Source: an uncultured bacterium | GTDB lineage: Bacteria; Oederibacteriota; PGYV01; CAWJRG01 | NCBI GenBank assembly: GCA_963845185.1 | Contig: CAWJRG010000009.1 | Location: 416,001-480,000 of the forward strand | Direction: 5' to 3' | DNA: 64,000 nt | In this document: piece by piece, positions 54,354 to 63,300 of the stretch | How the letters are laid out: every line of letters begins with the position of its first letter | Position numbering within the stretch: position 1 is the first letter of the stretch | Program-made: the position numbers and the translations under genes | The notes under the pieces: model-generated | What the model saw: only the letters and a program-made list of their open reading frames with translations | Told to the model about the DNA's origin: nothing | Database searches by the model: none

Positions 54354-55496
54354 ATGAAGAAAACAAAAGAAAAAAAACAGGACAGTTCGTCAGGCAGGCT
54401 TCTGGTTGTCCTTGGAATAACCGCAATAGCCATTATAATCTTATTTTTAACGCCAAGGCAGGTGGTTGAGCATCATGCCAACAGCGCGGCGAGGCAGTTG
54501 CTGCCCAAGCCGGTAATACAGCAGTCTTTTAAGCCGTATCAGCAGCCTGCAGTAGTAAACCCGCCGCTTATAAAAAACTTCGAGCTTAAAAAAATAGACA
54601 TTGGCGTGAGGCTCAGGAAGCCGACCGACCTTGCCATAACCAGGGACGGCGCGCTTATGCTAATCGCAGACAGCGGGGCACAGGTCATATACCTGCTCGC
54701 CAGGGAAAAAGAGGACAAGTACAAATTAAAATCCAAAATATACATGGACGAGAACAGGAACGCAATCGCGGATTTTTTGGGCTGGCACTGGAAAAAATCC
54801 GAGCCGATTTACCTTTACTGCGACTTTAACGAAAGGATAAAAACAATATACTGCCTTGACGGAGATTACGGTATTGTGAAGGAATTTCACTATGACGGCA
54901 GCTACATACTGACCGCATTTGACAGCCCGACTCTAATAAAGGCAAGGAGCCTGAGGTTCTCAAGGGACTTGGATATCGCGGGCATAAGCATGCCAATGCA
55001 AAATACAGTGATAACCTTTGGCTCAAACAACACCATAACAGACAATTACGCCACAACGCCGGGCAGCGGCCTGGGGCAGATATCACAGCCCGGTTTTATA
55101 GGCTTTGACTCGAAAAATTACAGGTATGTGATTGACGCGAATAACAGCAGGGTGCAGGTGTTTGACGGTAAAATGAAATATGTGAATAATTATTATATCG
55201 GCGGGGTGGTTTCCACTATAGCAGGGCCCCAGCTTGTTGTGATAGACAGCGCACTTGAACCGTATATGGTAGTGAACAATAACGCGAAAAACACGCTGTT
55301 ATTTTACTTTTTGAAGAAAAACATAACAATGGCAATGAACGTAAATAACTACTGCATAGCCGCCGATGCCGAAGGGAACTTATACACGATAGACAGAAGC
55401 AAAGAGCATGATATTTTTGTTTCAAGGATAAAGATTCTCGAGGACATGTCCGCTGATATAAAAAATATGCAACGCGGGAGCGAAGGAAAAAAATGA
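54354..55496 (+). CDS. Membrane-anchored NHL-repeat beta-propeller protein
   Basis: N-terminal TM; P.DLA......IADSG, G.GQ..QP..I.FD.....YV.D.NNSRVQVFD NHL repeats. Confidence 0.75.
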   Translation: MKKTKEKKQDSSSGRLLVVLGITAIAIIILFLTPRQVVEHHANSAARQLLPKPVIQQSFKPYQQPAVVNPPLIKNFELKKIDIGVRLRKPTDLAITRDGALMLIADSGAQVIYLLAREKEDKYKLKSKIYMDENRNAIADFLGWHWKKSEPIYLYCDFNERIKTIYCLDGDYGIVKEFHYDGSYILTAFDSPTLIKARSLRFSRDLDIAGISMPMQNTVITFGSNNTITDNYATTPGSGLGQISQPGFIGFDSKNYRYVIDANNSRVQVFDGKMKYVNNYYIGGVVSTIAGPQLVVIDSALEPYMVVNNNAKNTLLFYFLKKNITMAMNVNNYCIAADAEGNLYTIDRSKEHDIFVSRIKILEDMSADIKNMQRGSEGKK

Positions 55497-55523
55497 ACAC
55501 TGCTAATCAAAGCAATAAAATAT

Positions 55524-57809
55524 ATGAAAAATAAAAACAGAAAAGAAAAGACAACTAACAGCATTATATTCGGGGCATTGAAGAAAATAGGGCCGTTTAA
55601 TTTTGTAATTTTGTCGTTTATTATAGGACTTTGCGCACAATATTGCCTTTATATGAAAAGGGACCTGATATTCGGGTTGATTCTTTCAGTAATAGGTATA
55701 ATTTTTTTTATTATAGCAGACATTATTAATCCTGAAAAAAGCGACATTTTTCATGCTTACCCACTTACGGATAAGCACCCATTAAAAACTATGCCGGAAT
55801 TACCTTTAAAAAGAGAAATAATATTTTTTATTTTAATAATAATAATAGGGATTTTCTACAGGTTTTTCATGATTGACCAGATTCCAACCGGAGCCTTTAG
55901 GGATGAGGCAAAGACAGCTTACGATTCATTTAATATAATTAACAATAGTCATGCAGGCTTGCCTATATATTTTAAGGGGCTTGTCGATAACCCTGCTATG
56001 CTCAACTATATTATAGGTATTTTTTACAAAATTTTAGGAATCGGTCTTACCCAAGCACGCTCAGCGGATTCTTTTATGGGAGTCATGGCACTTATCACCT
56101 TTTATTTTTTAATAAGATATTTATTCGGAAGCCGCATGGCAATAATAGGCGGTTTTTTGTTTGCCTTTTTGAGATGGGACGTGGCATACAGCAGGATGAT
56201 TTATAATTTCGGTTTTTCTATATTTTTTGTAATATTATTTTTTTATTTTGCTTACAGGACATATAACGAAAGAAAATTATCTGATTTTATTTTATCAGGG
56301 TTTACACTATCTTTAACACAATATACATATCAAACAGCAAAATCACTTCCTTTTGCACTCGTTTTGCTTGCTTTTTACGTTCTGCTAAAGGAGCCGCTTT
56401 TTTATAAAAAGAATTTAATAAAAATACTGCTTTCGATTCTTATTTTTTTAATTGTTTATTTCCCGCTTGGAAATTATTATTTAAAAGATCATTTTAAAAC
56501 TTATTTAAATAGGCCATTAATGGTTCATAATGATATGTTTAATGGAGCTAATAAGGATAATTTTTCATTTATAAAGACATATATTGAACATTCGAAAATG
56601 CTATGGCTCATGTTTAATTACAGAGGTAGTAACGATATTTTATATAATAATGTTGATGAACCATTAATTGATTTTTTTACTGGGATTTTTGTTTTACTTG
56701 GTTTCGGTTACCTGCTTTTTAGGGCACTTGCTCTTTCACCTTTCGCGATTTTAACAATTATTATGTTTATTACATTTATTCAAACTGCAGCTTTTTTTAC
56801 AAATTATCCGGACGCGCAAAGAGGAGTAATGCTGCTTCCTTTTCCTATAATTTTCAGCATTATTTATTTAAAAAAGGTTTTTTGGCATTCAAAAACACAG
56901 AGAAAAAATTCAACAAAATATATAATAATAATTATTATAATATTTACTTTAGTTTTTTCCGGAATGACTAGTTTTAATTCTTATTTTAATAGATATGGTA
57001 AAAGTATAATAATTTGGGATGCTTTTGTTGCAGAAAAAAATAGAGCTGCAGAGTATTTGCATAAACTTGGAGTAGGATGGCACGGCATTATAGAACCAGA
57101 AACATGTTGTAGCGGGAATTGGGAACAATTTGCTATAGTTTTGGCAGGGGCAAAAGAAAAAGATTATGAGCCATTTTTAATGGGAAAAAATTTTCCGGCA
57201 GATCCCGCAGTCGAGAAAAATACCGTATATATATTTACGCCTGATTATTTATCGCTTATACCTTTAATAAAGCAAATGTATCCAAATGCTGAATACGATG
57301 TAATATATAAAAAATTCTATCCTGACAAGATTTCTTACTTTATTTTTAAAGTGCCTTATGCGGATATAGCTGTATATAAACCGCAAGCTTTTAAAACCGG
57401 ATTGAAAGCTGAATATTTTCAGGGAGATAAATGGAAAGGAAAACCAATAGTAAAAAGAGTTGATCCATTAATTGCATTTTATTGGCCTTATGGAATAAGG
57501 CCTGTACCTCCGCCTTTTTCAGCAAAATGGACGGGGAAAATAGCAATAGAAACAGCAGGGAAATATATTTTTTATGTCACATCAACAGACTTTTCGGAAC
57601 TTTATGTTGATTCCGAAAAAATAATGGAAAAGGATGAAAAGACAATTCAGGGAAAAGCAGAAGTTATCCTAACAAAAGGTTTGCACTCCATTATTATCAA
57701 ATTTCACAGTGTTCCTACTAATATTAATAACAAATTAAGCTTATTTTGGCAAAAGCCGAATAGCAATTATACCGAGCTTGTACCGAATAATGTTTTATTT
57801 CCAAAATGA
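55524..57809 (+). CDS. GT-C (GT39-like) glycosyltransferase-PA14 fusion, paralog 3 (AT-rich)
   Basis: PTGAFRDEA, LTQYTYQ; clear PA14 domain (GLKAEYF.G..W.G.P...RVD..I.F.W...FSAKWTG). Confidence 0.82.
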   Translation: MKNKNRKEKTTNSIIFGALKKIGPFNFVILSFIIGLCAQYCLYMKRDLIFGLILSVIGIIFFIIADIINPEKSDIFHAYPLTDKHPLKTMPELPLKREIIFFILIIIIGIFYRFFMIDQIPTGAFRDEAKTAYDSFNIINNSHAGLPIYFKGLVDNPAMLNYIIGIFYKILGIGLTQARSADSFMGVMALITFYFLIRYLFGSRMAIIGGFLFAFLRWDVAYSRMIYNFGFSIFFVILFFYFAYRTYNERKLSDFILSGFTLSLTQYTYQTAKSLPFALVLLAFYVLLKEPLFYKKNLIKILLSILIFLIVYFPLGNYYLKDHFKTYLNRPLMVHNDMFNGANKDNFSFIKTYIEHSKMLWLMFNYRGSNDILYNNVDEPLIDFFTGIFVLLGFGYLLFRALALSPFAILTIIMFITFIQTAAFFTNYPDAQRGVMLLPFPIIFSIIYLKKVFWHSKTQRKNSTKYIIIIIIIFTLVFSGMTSFNSYFNRYGKSIIIWDAFVAEKNRAAEYLHKLGVGWHGIIEPETCCSGNWEQFAIVLAGAKEKDYEPFLMGKNFPADPAVEKNTVYIFTPDYLSLIPLIKQMYPNAEYDVIYKKFYPDKISYFIFKVPYADIAVYKPQAFKTGLKAEYFQGDKWKGKPIVKRVDPLIAFYWPYGIRPVPPPFSAKWTGKIAIETAGKYIFYVTSTDFSELYVDSEKIMEKDEKTIQGKAEVILTKGLHSIIIKFHSVPTNINNKLSLFWQKPNSNYTELVPNNVLFPK

Positions 57810-57954
57810 AAAAACACAGTAATTATTTGATGAATCTATATTAGCAATTTAATGGGATGCCATTTAATAAAACTGATTACGCAGGGAAAGGATAATAATA
57901 TATAATCGAAGTTATTAGAAACGGAAAGTATTTCGAAAAAATTAGGAAAAAATA

Positions 57955-59316
57955 ATGATTAAAAAAAAATCAAAAGACATAGAATCAGTAAAAAACAAGA
58001 TAAAAGTTTTAGCTACTAAAAAATTTAATAAAACCAAAATGAATAATCATAATAAGTTTTTGCTTTGGGTTAACTGGCTTATTGACAACCTTGCTAATAA
58101 TCTAATAAAAATCAGAATTAATCCAGCTTTTTATAATCCTATCCCTTTTTATGTTTTGTTATTGACTTATTTTTTTATGAATATTTAGTTTTTTTATCAC
58201 CAAATTACTTTAAAAAATTCTGATTTTCTTCCGCATGTGAATATGATTTTTAGTCAAGGAGGAGAATACTCATTATTTCATTATATTAATAGACTTCTTC
58301 TGAATTTTAAGCATATTTTTATTTTGACATTACCGGATATAAAGTTTGTGATTTTAACGTCGGTATTTATAGCAGGGATAGCTAATGCACTATCATGCTA
58401 TTTAGTTAGAAGCTTGTTTAGACGTGAATATAAAAATTTGTCTATTTTTCTATTATATTTGATTGATATATTTTCTTTGGTTCTTATGTTAATATCAATG
58501 ATATATCCGTTCCCTCCAAAGTTTAGCAATAGTTGGTATATTGGTATTGGAACGCCAAATCCATGGCATAATCCGACTTATATATTTGCAAGGCCATTTG
58601 CAATCCTCGTATTTTTTTACTTTACTGAAATTTGGAAAAAATATTTTAACGATGAAAATATTCTTTTAAATCTTGTTTGGTTTTCAATATTTTCTTTTTT
58701 ATGTTTTTGGGCAAAACCTTCATTTTTTATGGCTTTCATACCCACGTGTATTATTTATATTTTATGGAAATGCATTGAAACAAGAGGTAAGTCAATAAAA
58801 ATATCTTTATTATTGGGGTTGGCATTTATACCGACAGCATTTATTATATATTTTATAAATGTTACATTAGTAAAAATTAGTTCCGGGACTAATGCGCTGA
58901 TTATTAGCCCGGGAACCGTAATTAATCGTTATATAAAAAATTTACCTTTATGCATACTATTTGCAGCAGCATTTCCTTTATATGTATTCTTAATGAGTTT
59001 GTATAACAAGATACTTAAAAGAATCGAAATGTCGCTATCATTTATACTTGCCTTTATTATGTATATAATATCTTATTTAGAGTTTTATTTTCTTGCTGAA
59101 AAAGGATATTGGCTTTATGATGCAAATATTGAGTGGACTTATTTATTTGGATTATTCTTCTTTTTTTTGTTCGGAACAGGAGAACTTTTTTTTATAAATA
59201 AGTTTTCAGAATCGCAGAAAATTTTTGGATTTTCACTTTTTATTGTTCATCTTTGGTCGGGTTTAGTTTATTTAAAACTATTACTTTCTGCGAATGGATT
59301 ATTATGTTTTATTTAA
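57955..59316 (+). pseudogene. Multi-pass membrane protein (GT-C-like) with a single in-frame TAG at 58186-58188
   Basis: ORFs 57955-58188 and 58237-59316 share a frame; the 16 intervening codons are open (FFYHQITLKNSDFLPH); motifs SD...H, PNPWHNPT, AKPSF. Confidence 0.7.
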
Positions 59317-59483
59317 TCGTTAAGTATTACAAGAAAGCTAAATATTAACTAGATTTAAGAGTTATTAAACAATCACTGGATATAATGGCTTTATCACGTG
59401 ACGAATGTGAGGTATATATAATATGATGAATGGGGTAGTAATAGTCGTATAAGCAGGCAAAATAAGGCTATTCATATTTAATC

Positions 59484-59602
59484 CCGATCCGCGAAAATCC
59501 TTATCGGTCGGCCGCCGCAGTAGAGCTGTTATGACGGAGGAGACTAGAGGCGGGGCTAGGAAGATATTCCGATGGAATATCTGACCGCTCCGGGGATGGA
59601 GC
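59484..59602. ncRNA. Candidate structured RNA element (family not recognised)
   Basis: GC-rich island in AT-rich intergenic DNA. CGGTC/GACCG closes GCCGCC/GGCGG and AGATATTCC/GGAATATCT stems; GCTCC/GGAGC hairpin follows. Confidence 0.35.
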
Positions 59603-59954
59603 ATATTATTATTTATTCAGCAAGTACTCCACGCTAATTTTGTACGGGGAAAATACATTTTGTATCAAAAATGATACTATCTTAATGCCTGAATCGACGC
59701 AAAATATTTCCGGATTTTTATAAGTGAGCAATATGCTTTTAATTTAAGCCCATATTATTCAGCTTGTTTGTGGACTTTTATATTATAAAAGTTTTTTGAT
59801 GGTTATAAATGTCATTGCGGCACGGTAAATGCTTTTATATGTTAATAGAGAAGTAATGTTCTTTTAACTTGGAATTAAATGAAAAGCTAATCCACCTATT
59901 TTGGCTGGCATGCCTCTTCATTGGTTGAGTTTAATATACCGGTGGGATGTTTAA

Positions 59955-60135
59955 CGGGTAGAAGTCATCCTGATACTGCAAAATATGCCTTTCGTACCCA
60001 AAGGTAGGTGAGGGGAGTTTGATTAATCAGGTAGCTTTACCCGGCTGGCTTCTATATATATATGATAGGGAGCTCCAGAAGTTGTCCCTGCAGGCACATT
60101 ATTTGCCAAGTGCTTAGACTGTTTGGCAGGTAATT
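59955..60135. ncRNA. Second candidate structured RNA element (family not recognised)
   Basis: Nested stems TAGAAGTCA/TGGCTTCTA, CCTGAT/ATCAGG, TGCCTTT/AAAGGTA; further hairpins AGGGA/TCCCT and ATTATTTGCCAA/TTGGCAGGTAAT. Confidence 0.35.
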
Positions 60136-60170
60136 GGAAGGATTTTTGACAGATTAATGAAAAATAGGTC

Positions 60171-60199
60171 TTGACAGATTCAAGGTAATTTTGTAAACT
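60171..60199 (+). promoter_or_regulatory. Sigma70 promoter of the second giant surface protein
   Basis: TTGACA-17 nt-TAAACT; a duplicate TTGACAGATT lies at 60146. Confidence 0.6.
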
Positions 60200-60306
60200 C
60201 TTAACATTGGTAGTTTTGGAAGAAACTCTGATTTCATAGGAGCGGGAAATACCCAGTTATATTCAAGTTGTAGAGAATAGTCTTGTCTTTATTTAGGAGG
60301 ATATTT

Positions 60307-63300
60307 TTGTCTTTAACGACTGATTTGACATTGATAAAAAGCAGAGCGAAGAATAAAAAGGGGAAAATAACCGGCATTATTACTTTTGCAATTATAATTT
60401 TTCTTTCATTTTTACCCCTCCATATTTTTGCTGCCATTACAGAAGGCGGTCAAGCCAGCGGAACTGGTACTGGAACTGTCAATATTGGCTATACAGTCAG
60501 TACTAATGACAATAGGATATTGATAGTTTCAGTAGGCGTAATGAATGGCTCTGCGGGGGATCACATAAACACTGTCACATATAATGGGACTGCTTTAACC
60601 TTTTTAAATAGAATAGTGTCGAATGCCACACTTGCTGGCATTGATGGAGAAATTTGGTACATGTTAAATCCTCCAAGTGGAGGGCCATACAATGTGATTG
60701 TAACAGATCTTGTCGTTACCGGTGGTCCGAGAATTGTCGCGGGTGTAACAGAATATGACGGGGTAGTTGGAATAGGCAATAATGCGTTTAAAAACACGAA
60801 CGCTATTACTAATACATTAACGGATACTCTTGCTATTCAATACGCAGGGGACTTGATTACAGGTATTTTTTCTATGAGAAATGGTACCACGCCTATTACA
60901 TTCACAACTCCGGCTGGCAATAATTTAGAGTGGAATATAACATCCGCAGCAGGGTTTATAGCTGGCTCCGAATATGATATAGATGAAGCCAATCCCGGGA
61001 CATATTCTACAATTTATACTTCATCAAATGTAACCAATTGGTGCGTAGCGGGTGAGGTCGAATTATTAAATCCAACACCGACACCAACATGGACGCCGAC
61101 AAATACACCAACATGGACGCCGACAAATACGCCGAATTTGACACAAACCGAAGCTGCTACTGAGACACAGGTGGCAGAGACAGCGACCGAGCAGGCGCAG
61201 GAAACAGAAACTGCGGCAATGCAGCAGACACAGACAGAAATGGCAAACGAGACAGCGACAGCTGCAGTACAACAGACGCAGACTGAGGTAGTGCAGGAGA
61301 CAGCGACAGCTGCAGTACAACAGACGCAGACAGAGGCAGCGAATGAAACAGCCACAGCAATCATACAAGTTACACAGACAGAAATAGCGCAGGAAACAGC
61401 AACAGCAGCAGTGCAGCAGACACAGACTGAGGTAGCACAGGAGACAGTGACAGCTGCAGTACAACAGACGCAGACAGAGGCAGCAAATGAAACAGCGACA
61501 GCAATCATACAAGTTACGCAAACAGAAATAGCAAACGAGACAGCAACGGCTGCGGTACAACAGACGCAGACTGAGGAAGCAAACGAGACGGCGACAGCAG
61601 CAGTACAGCAGACGCAGACCGAGGTAGCGCAGGAGATAGCGACAGCTGCAATTCAGCAGACGCAGACCGAGGTAGCGCAGGAGACAGCGATAGCAGCGGT
61701 GCAGCAGACGCAGACCGAGGTAGCGCAGGAGACAGCGATAGCAGCGGTGCAGCAGACGCAGACCGAAATAGCGCAGGAGACAGCAACAGCTGCAGCAGTA
61801 GCAACACAGACAGAAGTGGCGCAGGAAACAGCAACAGTAGCAGTGCAGCAGACACAGACAGAAGTAGCGCAGGAAACAGCAACAGCAGCAGTACAGCAGA
61901 CACAAACAGAAGTAGTACAGGAGACAGCAACAGCGGCAGTGCAACAGACACAGACAGCCGTGGTACAAGCAACTGAGACAGCCGTGGCGGGTCCGCTGAT
62001 TGTCAATTCTGACGCTGACGACGATGGGATGCCGGGAAGCGTAACCCCCGGGGCCAATACTTTAAGGCAATGCATAAATGCTGCAAACACCAGGACTGGG
62101 CCGGTAACAATATATTTTGATCAAAGTATTTCAAATACTGTCATAAATTTAAAAGCAAGTTTGCCTTATATTTCCAGCCCAAACATCACAATAGATGGCC
62201 AGGGCAACAGCATTACTGTAAATGGCAATAGCTACGATATATTCTCCATAACTTCGAATAATGATAACATATTCAATTTGGCAATTGTAGGCGGCTATAA
62301 TGGCGTGGATATAAGCGGTTATAATGGGGGCGTATATTCCAATATTATATCAGGGTGCAGGATTGGCATTGACTGGAACAACAATATTTCCTGGCCGAAT
62401 TTCAACGGCGCAGTTATAGAAGGTGGAGCCTCTGAAAACCAGATAGGCATGAGAACAGCAGGCACGGCATACGGCAATATTATTTCCAACAATACAAGCG
62501 ACGGCGTGCTTATAGACGCATCCGATAATAACTGGGTGCTTAATAATTTTATCGGCACAGACTCTACAGGCATGATAGCTATGCCAAACCGGTTAAACGG
62601 CGTGCATGTGAGATACGTATCATACAACAATTCGATTGGATATTATGACCCAGGCACCGGTAATATGGGCAATATAATATCAGGAAACAGCAATGACGGG
62701 ATTTTGATTAGCGAGTACTCTTTTAACACAGGCGTATTCGCAAATGTCATTGGCGGTAACGCAGGGGTATTAACAGGAGACAGCGGCTCGGCAGGCACAT
62801 TGCCGAACGGGTACAACGGGGTTGAAATAAGCCAGTCGGACTCCGTTAGTAACGCTGAAGATTACACAGGCATCGGCGGTTTTGACCCTGACACAGACTT
62901 ATACGACCAGCCGGGAAACACAATAATAGCAAATTCATCAAGTGGCATACATATTACAGATAGCTCATCATTGGTTTATGCCGGCAACAACTCAATAGGA
63001 ATAATGTTTGGAAATATGTCTGCAGGCAACGGCGAGACGGGAATAGCAATCGATGGCGGCGCCTATGATAATTATATAAATTCAAACCTGATAAGCGGGC
63101 AAACCAATGAGAATGCCGTAGGTATTGAAATTAACGGCTCAAACGATTATGTAACCTCGAATATCATAGGGCTTGACGCGTCAGCAAGCAACCCTGTACC
63201 AAACTTCGAAGGAGTATACCTTTTAAATGCGAGTGGGATACAAGTCGGAGAACAGGGTAATACAGCGGCTGCCAATGTAATAGCAGGGAATATGACGCAG

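Noticed and set aside
59320..60300. tRNA, tmRNA, SRP, RNase P or a known riboswitch (c-di-GMP, TPP, SAM, FMN, cobalamin) in the long intergenic region
   Set aside because: I could not find the diagnostic consensus motifs by eye; retained only as unassigned structured candidates.
61201..61968. 48-nt periodic array as a possible CRISPR
   Set aside because: Units are contiguous with no unique spacers, variation is codon-structured, and no cas genes are present.
61014..62090. Cys-rich and Leu-rich minus-strand ORFs that look like metallothioneins
   Set aside because: They are antisense shadows of the plus-strand ETATAAVQQTQT repeat; the plus frame has an RBS, a signal peptide and paralogous domains.
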